A stretch of DNA of 64,000 nt, from assembly GCA_001949185.1 (NCBI GenBank), contig BDGG01000001.1, forward strand, positions 1,608,263 through 1,672,262, in the 5' to 3' direction. This document shows, piece after piece, positions 1-11,912 of this stretch; positions within the stretch are counted from its first letter, which is position 1; every line of letters starts with the position of its first letter. Made by a program: the position numbers and the translations under genes. This DNA comes from Ramazzottius varieornatus. Taxonomy: Eukaryota; Animalia; Tardigrada. The notes beneath the pieces were generated by a model that saw only the letters and a list, made by a program, of their open reading frames with translations, made no database searches and was not told the DNA's origin.

Positions 1-108
1 GATAAAGTCAAATCACTTGTTTTCTCAAGTGGCGCACTTTTGCGGTGAAATTGGCCGAAAGCGTGCGCCACTTAAAAAACGAGCTCGTCAAGTTTGTCTG
101 CCGAATTC
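1..108. repeat. Palindromic dispersed element, copy 1
   Basis: CAAGTGGCGCAC-N25-GTGCGCCACTT (26-73) plus outer arm GTTTGTCTGCCGAATTC. Confidence 0.85.
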
Positions 109-199
109 GCGACTTGTATTTTTATCGGACCGAACTGGAATATTTTCTACCGGAGAAGTTCCTTCAGCACCAATATCGCCAGCCGTGACGCCAGCTTCC

Positions 200-1179
200 T
201 CAGCTCCGTTTCCAACTAGATGAGGTGACAACATACATGGCAAGATTATGCCAGGATGAAAAGTGGAAGGCATCTAAAACAATACCAAAGGAATTCAACA
301 GCATACCGGGTTCGCCTTCGGGTAGCGGATTGTAAACCGTTTCTTCTTGACTTTTCTTGTTCGAGTTCTTCTTCGACGTCCCAGCGCCACTTATAGAAGG
401 GAAGAATGAGGGAACTGGATATCGCTCTGTTCTTGGCTGAGTGATAACTGCAAGAAAAGAAATCCGTGAAAGGAATAAGTGAAGACTCTCATGTGCCGCA
501 TGACGTCACGTTAGGCTGAATAAGTGAGCAATTCTTGGCATGATGTCTCAGCTGGACAATGACGTCACAGTTAGATTAATCCAACCTGAACAGGTTCGGG
601 TTGCACACTTACTTCCAGACTTTCGCTTCTTAATATTAGAGACGCTGACTGCTCCACTGAGTGTCTGGAAAATTACTGGCATGTGGGACCTAAGAAACAG
701 AAAGACAATTAAACAAGAAGGCTCCTACACTCCATCTCGGATGAAATCAACGCGCCACGAAAAGATCCACCATCATTCCAATTTTTCACGTTTACCCCAT
801 CTGACAAACGGAAATTAGTTTCTGGAAGAAGGCTTCCACGGAGGCATTACTGGTCCCGATGATCAGCGGTTCTCCCCTCAGCAGCTGTTTCCGAGTAGCC
901 GGTCCCAAGACTATGCACATGTGTCCCTAAAAGATGGAATGAGACACAATTTCCGGGATAAAACAGTCGGAAAATGACTTGGAAATTCAGCAATATATTT
1001 CTTCAATCGTAGAGAAACGTTACCAGTTTTTCATCATCCAGAATTTGCATTCCAGGATTCACTTGAGTCCCATCTTGAGACCCTGCGGGGGTTGCTTCCG
1101 ATTCGGCTGTTGTTTCGTCTGTTCCAGCTGCAGCTCCATCTTGTTCGACCTGTCCACTTTTCGACTTGCCTTTGCTCAT
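200..1179 (-). CDS. Multi-exon gene of unknown function; 3' end uncertain and may run off the window
   Basis: Phase-compatible GT-AG exons ~1179-1025, 928-797, 689-613, 448-307 and 274-: MSKGKSKSGQVEQ...DDEKL|GHMCIVLGPATRKQLLRGEPLIIG...|SHMPVIFQTLSG...|ITQPRTERYPVPSFFP... No family recognised. Confidence 0.6.
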
Positions 1180-2235
1180 CTTTCTGCCGCCGAAATCGAA
1201 CAACTTGATTGACCAGAATATCCGGACAGATTGCGGGAAATGACCACTGGGTGAACAGAAGGAATTTAGTCCCGGGGTACTTGTGGGAGAGTAATGACGG
1301 ACCAGGATTTGCGGAAAGATGGGCGAACATCGGCCATCGGGACCTGGAAATCTGCTTATCGGATGCACGCTGCCTTTCGAACGAAATACAGGTCCACCCG
1401 TCAGCACATGGCCAGGTGGTTACACCACCACGTCAAACTTTGAGCACGTTGCATTCCAATGTGGAAGTGGAGTACTCGTTTAAAGTGCGCGCAAACCCGT
1501 GTCCAGCACTAAGTAGCAGCCTCCAGATCCCACTTCCACGTGTGACTGCTGCGAGACCGTGTTTCTCTCCTTGATTCTTGATTCAGTATCTGTTGTTCTG
1601 CAGCTTCCATCCATGAGCTGCTAAAGGGGGCCTTGCCGGAACGTCGAACACACTGATTGAGCGATTGATTGATTACGTTCCGCTAACAAATAGGTAGGAC
1701 CGATATGGTGTTCGTCATACGTTGGTAATACGCAGGTTGCGATTTCTCAAGGGTCCAAAACAAATCGCACAGAAATGGCAAATCAAAAATGGAAAATGAA
1801 AGTTAGCCCGCACACGAGCCAATCAGGCGCGAGATTCTTCTATTTCGATGCGATGTCGAATTTCCGTGCTTTTCCGCTCCCATCAAAATTCCGAAATTCT
1901 GATGGGACCCCAGCAGGGGAGCCACCTCAACTGCCCCCAAACACGAAAATTCAAGATCAGCTGCCATACCGTTCATTGATTTACTGATACTTCACATCGA
2001 CTTCTGTCCCACCTGGGGGTCCAGTGGTGCGTGGGACCCTTCACTCAATTTGAGCGGTTTTCCAGCAGTCGCATGTTCTGGTCATAGAAAGCTGTGTGCT
2101 CATGATCTACCCTTCCGACTTTGAAGTATTCTTCCCAGTTGTAACCCGCACCACAGGTATGGCTGCGACAGGAAGTGCCGATGAGACGTTGGGGGATACC
2201 AGGCGATCGGGTTACTCAACGCGGAGAACGGGCAG

Positions 2236-3580
2236 GTGACTTACTTCGACGTGCAGGCGATAACTTACGAATTCTTTACACCAGATTCATCGATTGTATC
2301 TTACTCCCCGACCAGTCCTGATGTTGGAAGTCCAACTAGCGAAGTTGGAGATCCAACTGGTCCCGAGAAAGACGATGTCAAGTCAGAGGACGAAATGGTA
2401 GACGATAGTTACAAGCCAAAGGAGCGTGGCCGTACAGCGATCGCGAACAAGGACGATTCTGAAGAAGGTACTGCTTACCAGTTCTTTACAAGAGTGGAGA
2501 CTGTTATGCAGTACAACACGTATCAGTTCCCACATGGCTCGCCAGAGAACCAGGCCTGCTGGGGTCGGATCGTCAAGTATTTGCAGCATAAAAAGATTAT
2601 CCGTGGGTCAGCCAGAACAAAGGAGACCCTAGTCGCTTACCTGAATCGACATCTGTCTGCTTTCCGCGTGAAACATAAGACGCCTCGAACCGGAGAAGAG
2701 TTAGACGGGAAAGGGCCAGACTGGACTGATCGAGACTTGATTCTGTCGGACTTGTTCGACCACGTCAGCGCAAAGGCAAGGGCGAATGACTCGGAGATAA
2801 AGATTGCTGAAGGAAAAAGACAAGCAGCGCACAAAGCCATCGGTCTAGGCTCCAAAACTGGACGGAAGATATCTGATCTCGAGGCAGCTGCTAGATCCAT
2901 ATCGTGCTCGGAGGTGGAGAAGAGCTTGGACATCGAAAATACCAAGCCTAGCGAAGCGGACCATGTCAACCAGCTGAAAAAGACTCTGGCAGAAATGGAC
3001 GAAGGTAAGAATTTCCTTGAATAGACACGAATATTTCTTACTGACAATGCCTCCTCCTTTTCAGAGGACAAGCGGCTTGGAGCTCCAAGCTTTGTTTGAT
3101 CTTCAACTTCAATCACCGTCGACAAAAAATTCTTGTCGATAAGCGAGTCCGAAAGATCAAAGCAGGTTGGAGCTCAAACAAAGCCAAAGACAGGAGTGGA
3201 TCGGAAAATCAAGAAGGACTCGTGCTCGAGAATCGGCAAGACCTTATATTTTCTTTCTTCTGTAACATTGAGTTTGCAAAAATACTTTTGGTAGGACAAG
3301 GTACTGGGATGATGAGTAAACCGAGCGCCGGTGAAGAAAGCGAGGAGCTGATTCGCAAGAGGGCTATGGATCGACCGTTCAAGCGTCGTAATGATGAGCT
3401 GCTGGCGAAGATACCGAGTCTGCCGCGAAAAGACAACTGGACTTCCTTATCCATGATAAAGAGCAGCGCGAGAAAGATCGGCAGTTTCAAAAGGAAAAAA
3501 CGGAGAGGGAACGCCAGTACAAAAGAGAGGAGCAAGAACGTCCTTTGCAGTTCATGTTCCAATCGCAGGCTCAGCTGTTA
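2236..3580 (+). pseudogene. Harbinger ORF1, Myb/SANT-like DNA-binding protein with a coiled-coil tail; 3' part disrupted
   Basis: VMQYNTYQFPHGSPENQACWGRIVKYL...LVAYLNRHLSAFR...DRDLILSDL resembles Harbinger accessory Myb-like domains. Intron ~3005-3064; the downstream frame is broken; charged coiled-coil-like sequence at 3450-3580. Confidence 0.6.
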
Positions 3581-4879
3581 GAAAAAGTCTTTAATAATAA
3601 ATCTGGTTTCAAAGTCGGTGAAAATAATTCTGAGTGAATCTTTAATTTGAAGTTCCAAATGCTTGGAGATCCAAGCCCAGTTTTTGTCGAGATAACGCTC
3701 TAGATCTGGTGAGTCTATATTAAAGGTAGACTTCGCTATTCCGAATCCGTAAACACAGGTACGGCAGTCCGTCAGAAAAGCAGAAACAATGAAGCTTGTG
3801 GCCACCTGCTGAAGACACAGTTTATCGTTTTGCTGGTAATTATCAAAAGCGAAATACTGGTTAATTTTTCCAAACCCACTCTCAACAACTATTCGACAAG
3901 AGGCCATATCTTCGTTGAATTTCTTTTCTTCTTCGGTCAAGTCTGCGCCTTTGAAAGAACGCCGAACAACGTCCAAGAGGCTATAGCCTCGACCTCGAAT
4001 ACGCAGTACAGCTTCCCCAATTCTTCATTCTTTGCTCGGAGGCGAGCAATTAGGTTGCTCTGAGCCAGCATGGAACAGTCGTGCGTTCTTCCCTCTGCTG
4101 GTCCCCACAAACTCACTATCAAACCTTCGGGAGCTACAATGCTTTGCCACTTGAGGACGTGCAGTCGACAATGTCTGCTGTAGTAGTCCGTTTGATCAGC
4201 TCCCGGTCGACAGATTGGCCGACCAGTTCCGTCCACAAAAGCCCAGCAATTGTCTGAGAAGAAAATAACCACTGGTTAGATATTTGGAGATCCAAATAGG
4301 TTGGAGTTCCAACATCAAGACATACCATATCGTCCACCGCGTCGGTAAACAGCACGCGCATAATGTTCGACGTCTTCTCGGGCCAGCCAGGGTTGATCCA
4401 GCGATTCTGGTCGATGGCTTCGAATACAGCCAGTCGACCATCGTGTTGTAGATCCTAGATAACTGCGTAACGTCTCGTCCAAGAAGATCTGCTAGATCTA
4501 TCCACCTCGAAGGATACGCTATCCTTCGCAGCACTACCGCAAAAGCTACCTCGCCGGTAACACGGGTTCCATTGGAGCAAGTCCTGATGGCTGGAATTTC
4601 CAGGCGGTGGACCAAATAAAGAAAATCATTGTAATTATGCAACCGGAAGTGAGCTCTGAAGATTACATCGGCCATTTCCGCTAATTCCAGGGTATGTCGA
4701 ACGTAGTAGGGCTCAGTCACCATATTCTCTGTCCTCAGCGCAAAGTAGGTTCGTCGCCGTCCGGATAACCGTTCGCGCTCTTCGAAAAACTGGACCATTC
4801 GCGAAGAGGACTCGGACGTCGTGGAATTTGGAGTTCTAAACAGCCTGGAGCTCCAAGCGAGAAGCAACGATAACCTCAA
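3578..4879 (-). pseudogene. Harbinger (HARBI1-like, DDE_Tnp_4) transposase pseudogene
   Basis: Motifs LRRIAYPSRWIDLADLLGR, NCWAFVDGTGRPICRP, GRTHD and FNEDMASCRIVVESGFG. A 72-bp intron at 4254-4325. Frameshifts near 4415 and 3985. The second catalytic GD..Y motif reads EVEA. Confidence 0.92.
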
Positions 4880-6916
4880 ACGTACCAGCGAGTCGCAGGT
4901 GATTCTGAGCTAGTACCAAAGATAACAACCAGCTTCGAGCTCCAAGCAGCAGTGCGCACTCCTATCCTCCGTTGGATGATGAAGGAAGAACCTTTCTTGA
5001 AGATCGTTTGCTGGGACATAAGCGATGCCCAAGCAATGGAACACGAAGAGTAACTTCCGGTCAAAATACGAATCATTTTCTGTGCGAAACCCTTGTGTGA
5101 AATTCGCACGCAGAAAAAACGAAAATCATGGAAATTGTAATTCAGCAATTTCTATTTCCATTTCTGTGCGATCGATTTACCGTGTGTTTTGACCGATCGA
5201 GAAATCGCGATCAGCCTAATATACAGTACGTAATGTGATGTAATCTACTAACAAAACTCAAGATGGTCTCTTCATTCAATCAAGGAATTCGAGCAACAAA
5301 AGAAAACCGTCTCGCCAAATACAAGCAACCGCTGCAAAAAGCGTGAGTGACATAGTTTGAACCGGGTTTCCATGTGTAAAAGTCTACATTATGTACACAT
5401 TACCAACTGTTTGATAACGACTAATCAAACGCCGTCTATGACAGCTTGCGGTTTTGGCAGGCCATGTGCAAGTGGAGGCCCCTTTTAGCAGCTCATCACT
5501 GCTGGCAGCTTCTCGTTAAAGCTGAATTTCCGACTTCAGAATCTATATTCTTCCCTGGTGGTTATACGTATCTACGATGTGCAATGTATCGTTTTCTTGG
5601 GACCTAGAACAGGCAGGACGAGGATACGATGCCGAAACGAGGGAAGTTTTCACAAGGCACCACATCGAACTCTGCGAAGCGACCGAAGCCAGAAGCGAAG
5701 GATGGGACGATCGTCGTGGATCCGAATGCTGAGAAATAGTCTGATCTCATTGACATCGTACGGGATATCTTTAGCCACCTCTCCACGGCCAAGCTGGCAA
5801 GATTCCGAAGGTAGTCTTGTCAACGGACGGAAAATCTATATGGTGACTTGTAAGATGCCGAGTTCTGGGGAGAGCGTCTCATTCTAGACTCTTTGCTTTT
5901 TAGAGTTTCCCCACACTGGAACATTCTCTTGTTGGAGCAGCTGTCTTGATCTACCGTCGGAAGCCTGCAGTACGATGAGTTGAAGAGCTGGAAAACGATC
6001 TTCTGTCCACCGGCCCGAGAAACTCGGGGTGCGAAGAATGCAAGTATGGTGATTGGTGAAGCTGGCGACCAGAGAAACGCGATGGCTGATAATCGCATTC
6101 CAGAACGCTGAGCTGTCCCTTCAGGATAGATCGTCCAAGCCGGCGTCTTTCGGCAACTTTTATGGAGGCAGGGAGCGTCCCAGGGTTATCCTGCAGAACC
6201 ATCCTCAGATCAGTCGTAGTATTAGGAGTATTAGTGGTATTAGGATACAGTATATGAAATTGCGTGGTCGCCAGGGTGTCAAAGAAAGCACAAGGAAACA
6301 TCTGAAGAGGACAGTGGCGTTCTGTGCTCATTAACTGGCGATCTTCCTCCTGCATTTCAATCTTGCGCCTCCGCTCCACCCGCTGATCTGGAAAGGCTGG
6401 ATTTTGCGATTCGAGGTCCCTCGGAATCTTGACCTACTTCTTGCTTTCTGTCGATAAACAAAGCAAGAAGCATAATTTCGTATGGTTTCTTTTCGATTAT
6501 GATCAGAACTATTTATACGCTGATATCAATAACTTCAGCTTGTAAACCTAGCAACTTCTGGATATCGTACTACATTTCGTGCCAGATCGGTTATTAGGGC
6601 ATCTGCTGATTCTAACTTTAAAGGGTTTTTTTTCGCGGTGACGTCATCCGTTTCCGACTTGCTTGTAACGATCTACCTTGTCTGATTTCAGTTTAGTCCC
6701 AATTTCTCCTCGATTCAGTGATATCCCAGCGTTATGATTGATTGACACATTGTCATGGACAAACTTGCTGCCATCTGTGGTGGGAAGCGGAGAGGCGCCA
6801 AGAAGACGTGTTGGGCCGATACACGAAAGGGTCAAGGCCGAAAGTTGAATATTTCTGACCTTCGTCGCGGTTCTTGCGATGTTGAGACGTACAGTGGCTT
6901 CGATGACCAGGGCGAA

Positions 6917-8364
6917 ATGCACCACGTACAAGGTCCACATCATCATGTCCACAAACCTGAAGATCGCCAAGCTTACGTCACACTGGCCACCAACGATACC
7001 TACGCTCTTGGATGCCTCACACTCGGCGAATCCCTGAAAAGAGCGGCGACGACGAAAGAGCTGGTCGTTATGATCACTCGGCATGTCAGCGACGCAATGG
7101 TGTACGGTAACAAAAGACACTTGGGCAATAGGCAATATCGGAGAAAAGTGGCATAGGCAGCCTAAGATTATTACAATAACCCTGCAGTTCGCCACATGGG
7201 CATCAACTGGCTTGCAAAGCATACTTGATAATGGTTACTGTAGATTATCAATAATCAATGGGATACTTGATAATGTTTACTGTACAGCGCTCGATTTTTT
7301 TTTATTTATTTGTGTATGTGTAGACGCTGTCTCGAAAAGACGTTCGACTTCGTCCAGCTGTTCGACGTGATGGACAGCGCCGATTCCGCCAACCTTGCGA
7401 TGCTGCAGCGACCTGAACTGGGTGTGACTTTAACAAAGATCCACTGTTGGACGCTGACAGATTTTGACAAGGCAGTCTTTCTAGACGCCGACACCCTCGT
7501 ATTACGGAACTGTGATGAGCTCTTTGATCAGTACGGTGAGTTTTCGGCAGCACCAGATGTCGGTTGGCCCGACTGTTTCAACTCTGGCGTCTTTGTTTTC
7601 CGACCGTCCATAAGAACGTACAAAAGCCTATTACATTTCGCATCCACGAACGGCAGCTTTGACGGTAGGTCCAGTCAAACCCATCGTACTGTGACTAACA
7701 ACAGTACGTTTCAGACCTTGTATTTTTCAGGTGGTGACCAAGGTTTACTAAATTCATTCTTCCATGAATGGCCGAGAGGAGACATCAAGAAACATTTACC
7801 TTTCATTTACAACATGGTCGCTTCCATAATATACACATATACACCTGCTTTCAAAAGGTTGGTAATTGGGAGATCTGCATTCTCTACCAACAGAAAGCTA
7901 GGATATGTGTTATGCGTGCAACTTTTAGAATGCATTCAATTGCGGATTTATTGGGGCAGGTTTGCGGGTGACGTAAAAATTATTCACTTCCTCGGACCGA
8001 CCAAGCCTTGGCAGTGGAACTTCGACGTTCACGATCGTCGGATGATTTCCGATCTTGGGCACCTGGGTGAAACCGCGGACCTGCTCACACTCTGGTGGAA
8101 TGTTTTCATATCAAGAGTTCTTCCCAACACATCCGAAATTCAACTGGTAATGACGGCAAAGCCTTGGTTTCCACATTTATGCAGAGCCCTATTTTTTCCG
8201 TGATGTTGCAGACGGGCTTTCCACTCCAAGTGACCAAAAAGTATGCTGACTGTGAAGAACCTTACTACGTCGACTACCAAGGTGTCGATGCTTACCATAA
8301 TATTGAGAAGCATGTCATGTCCAAGATACCTGGACCTCATACACGTCCTACTGGGACTTCCTAA
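6917..8364 (+). CDS. GYG1: Glycogenin (GT8)
   Basis: AYVTLATND, TLTKIHCW, FLDADTLV (DxD), PDVGWPDCFNSGVFV, GGDQGLLN, IYTYTPAF (autoglucosylated Tyr region) and a C-terminal glycogen-synthase-binding-like DYQGVDAYHNI. Five exons; alternative in-frame ATG at 6755. Confidence 0.95.
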
Positions 8365-8552
8365 TTTATTCCACCTAAGTTTTCAAACTAAGTTAGTGCC
8401 GAAAGCTGGCTTTGTTTGGTCTCTTTTACTTTTTTGTTTGCTGTACATTCTCTTCTCGGCCACCACTGTCTTCAAGGGATTAGCGTCTATGAGGATCTGT
8501 TTGACTTCTTTCGGGTACCAATATAAAAAGCGTTTCGCATGAGAACAGTAAG

Positions 8553-11522
8553 CTAAGCTGGGTTATGGTCAAGTAACGGAAGTTCTCGATTAGTTTCCGC
8601 ATCGTCTGCATTTACGTCCGTAGTCTCAGGTGCGGGCTGTGCAGGAGGTTGCTCCATCTGTTGTTCGGTTGGTGGTACCTCAGGTGGTTGTTCCGCCGAC
8701 AGTGCGGTTAAAGATGGCGCGGCCTCCACCTCTGGGATATGCACCGGTAGCGGTAGCGGTTGGCTGGCAGGAGGTTGAGGTGGAGCTTCGTCTACGGTCG
8801 AAGGAACTTGTTCGATGGTTTGCGGTGGCTCCAGCGGATCCAGCTCCTTTGGCTCATTTGGATGTGCTGCATCTAGAATCAGAAATCGGAACATTGTATC
8901 GTTGTTCAGTATGGCTTGGCCAGCCAGTAGGAAATACTCAGCGTCTCGGTCACTTCTGGATGGAGGCTTGTCCTCATCGACTGTGGACTGTACTGTGCGT
9001 CTTCATGCTCTAGCCTCATCTGCGTTTCGTCAACGGGGATCGGTGGCGAGCGAGCTTGGTCGGGGTTGTCGGGAGGTAGGTCGAAGCCGACATCACTGAT
9101 AGTCTGCGGAGGACTGAGCTTACCGAAGGCTGTCAAATCCGAAGCCATGGCCTCGCGGGTTGTGTTCGGTACTTCGTCTCCTGCAAGTAGGTGTTTGCCT
9201 GCCGTCTTCTGTTCTGTCGTGGGCGCTACTGATACCGCACTCTTGGGTACGGTTGACGGGACCTTTTTCGCTTTGGGGCGTTTACGTTTCTTGGAAGTGC
9301 TCTTCTCTGTCGACGCACCTGTCCAATACAGAGCAGTTTCAACAATTGAACACTGGGGAATCATTACAGCCAAATAGCCAGTGATTGTTCCTTTCTGCCG
9401 TGGACAAAGGCCACGCTAATGTTCTGCCAAGTTTCACTGGCATTTCAAACTCAGCGAGGATATTCATTTTTTATGGTATTTTAGCACATGTAGAGAGTAC
9501 CTTTTTTGCCAGCTCTTTTCGATTCTGTGGAACCACCCTTCGGTTTAGTTGCACCCTTAGCCGTACTCGAAGACTGGCCTCTGCTACTGTTACCATCCTT
9601 TTGGTCGGACCGACTTGCCGCCGGAGTGAGTTGGTATTGTGATGGATTTGTAGGCGCTTCCGCGTCAGCACCCGGGTTACCTTCTCCCGCTGCAAATACA
9701 TAATCGTTTTGCGTTCCACGACGTGCCTAGTTCACTGCACCGCACATAAAATGTAACAAACCTGTAGCATCGACGTTACTCCTTTGCGGGTTTACTGCTT
9801 GACTTTCAGCCGATGGATCCGTCTTCGCCTTAGATGCTAAAGTCAAAAGCAGCCGTTCAGTTGTATCGTGGGTCGGGAAGATAGCGGAAATACCAGCGCG
9901 TGATATCGATAGGAACACAGATCGAAGCATACCCGACGTTGCCGGTGCGCTCTTCGGTCGTTTCTCCTCCTTCGTTCTCAACCAGAACGGGGTACCTTCA
10001 ATTTTCTTCTGCGGTGGCGGATGCCACTCCTTCGCTTTGGCCTTTTCCTTATTCTTCTTCACAGTGACCACCCTTTCCTTTTGTTTCTTCGTGGTCCTGA
10101 TCATGAAGGGCGGTCGCGGTGTCGCTTTGGTTTCTTTGCCTTGATGTTGCTTGTCGGCCGTCTCGACTTTCTCCGTCGTCTGAGCTTCCTTCTCGTCCTT
10201 GTCGGTGGCCACACCCTTGCTCTTGGCTGTCTGCGTCTCGGCTTTGGCCTGGCGCCGCTTGTCTTGTGCTTGGCCAGCTTTTGGGTCGTGCTGAGAAGGG
10301 GGTGGTGCGTCTTGGTGGATGTGGTGTTGGACATTGTAGTCGCTTTTGGCCATCATTCGCTCGGTTTTCGTTCCTTTCAGGTGGTCTTCCGTGGCTTTGT
10401 GCACTCGTACTTCCCATCTTTGTACCGCGCCCACTTCCCTCTCCAGCGCTGCAACTTTTGCAGCCGACTGAAAAAATTATACGCTTGAATTTTTTTCTTC
10501 AACAAGTTATTGCAGCAGGGATGAATACAAGGACGACACTGAGAAGGACGTATGCTATGGGTGTATTGTACAGTAGAAGACAGCCCCTTTTCATACGCTG
10601 ATCTAGCGAAAACATGGGCCGCACAGAAAGCGTACCTCAGGATCATCTTCCTTTCCATTGTGAACGAAGCCGGTAAAGCCAAATTTTGCCATATTTTTCG
10701 CAATCTGCATAAAAACCACAGTTATGTTTTCTAGTCGAGTGAGACAAATGGCGTAGTTTGAATGTGCATAAAGTAATGCATACGGAGCCATACAGTTGGC
10801 TGCTTCTGCAGGTACAGCGCGTGCTTGACAGCTACAACGGAAAAGAAATTTCGTTACAGCCACACTTGCCACGGAAGTGATAACATTGTGCTCAGCTCAC
10901 CTCGAAGCTGCTCTTCCAGGCGAATGATAACATAATCCAACGGTCTACTCATCATTTCGTTCTTTGCAGCTTCCACCGCTTTGTCCTCCATCTTCAACCC
11001 AGCTCGTAACAACCTCTTCATCACATCAGGCAAATACGGTAAAAGATCTCGTTCAGCCTTGGGCTCTTTCATTCTCGACTTTAGCAGCCGATTCACGCGC
11101 ATCAGCTAACAAACCAAACCGTCGAAAATTAATTTGCCAGAAGGAGAAGGAAGTCAGCTGACCGTACCGTATCATGTGTGCTCTGATGTTGGCCATTCTC
11201 CGCTGCGAAGATTTTCTGGTAATCACGAGGATGGATAATACCATGCTGCAGCAGTATCTTCCTTCTTCTCGGCCGAGCATAATATCCAACTAAAGCAGGA
11301 TCGGTCAGTTCATCGTACGGATTGTAAGGAGCTGGGGCAGCGGATAAGTAGAACTCGGGCCGAGGAGTTTCGCGTCGTACGACATAAGGCTCTACATGAA
11401 GTTCGGCCCGTTCTGCTTTATAATCACCCTGTCAACACAAACAACAAGAAGTAATATTTGGCGGAAATGGGGATGGATCACGTGATTTAGAGAAATGATG
11501 TACTTACGTGGCTCGCCCACAT
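8553..11522 (-). CDS. Large low-complexity protein with an N-terminal ERICH3/FSIP2-like motif
   Basis: Exons 11522-11508, 11428-11168, ~11105-10901, ~10731-10637, 10467-~9932 and further exons to stop at 8553. Motif YNPYDELTDPALVGYYARPRRRKILLQHGII, followed by helical and K/E/P-rich disordered regions. Confidence 0.65.
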
Positions 11523-11711
11523 GATCTACTTGTGGCGCTGTCCAGATCAAAATACCACAGTCAGCTTACATTGGGATGGCACATCCGTCGAACGCCCTCC
11601 TTCGCGGAGGTTGCCACGGCGAAGGCGCTTTCTATCTGTCATCATTTTCGTTAGTTCAGCTGAACCGGGATAACTGAAGTTCGTAGTGACGAGAGCCGCT
11701 GGAATGGGGTA

Positions 11712-11902
11712 CACGCAGGACGAGAAATTATGATACAATAAAAATTACGGTACAGGCTTTTTCGCGGAACGGGAGCACGTACGTACGCGACCGATTCACA
11801 GTAATAAATTTTTCGACACTTTTCTACGGTCGAATTTCTATTTCGCCGTCCTTTCCGCCTGTCCCATAATTTTTACTGGCCCGTAATATCTCGTCGTGCG
11901 TG
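11712..11902. mobile_element. MITE with TA TSD
   Basis: ~46-bp TIRs CACGCAGGACGAGAAATTA... / ...TAATATCTCGTCGTGCGTG. TA at 11710-11 and 11903-04. Confidence 0.8.
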
Positions 11903-11912
11903 TACCATAATT

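Larger units (their letters stand above)
1731..5216. mobile_element. PIF/Harbinger DNA transposon, decayed autonomous type
   Basis: Imperfect ~60-bp TIRs sharing GCGATTTCTC...ATCGCACAGAAATGG (1731-1790; 5150-5216). TAATA lies on both flanks (1726-30, 5217-21), consistent with a TAA-type TSD. Contains a convergent Myb-like ORF and a DDE transposase. Confidence 0.85.
1615..5494. mobile_element. Outer TIR element (~0.4 kb without its insert) hosting the Harbinger
   Basis: GAGCTGCTAAAGGGGGCCT (1615-1633) and AGGCCCCTTTTAGCAGCTC (5476-5494) are an 18/19 inverted match. AT lies immediately outside both ends (1613-14, 5495-96). Confidence 0.7.

Noticed and set aside
5701-6000. F-box-like peptide on the + strand (IVRDIFSHLSTAKLARFRR)
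   Set aside because: Four in-frame stops and only a weak resemblance; the coding strand of this degraded region is unclear.
7221-7284. 22-bp direct repeat ATACTTGATAATG.TTACTGTA in glycogenin intron 1
   Set aside because: Only two copies; an ordinary local duplication.
10021-10601. Hydrophobic + strand ORFs
   Set aside because: Antisense shadows of the K/E-rich exon on the minus strand.
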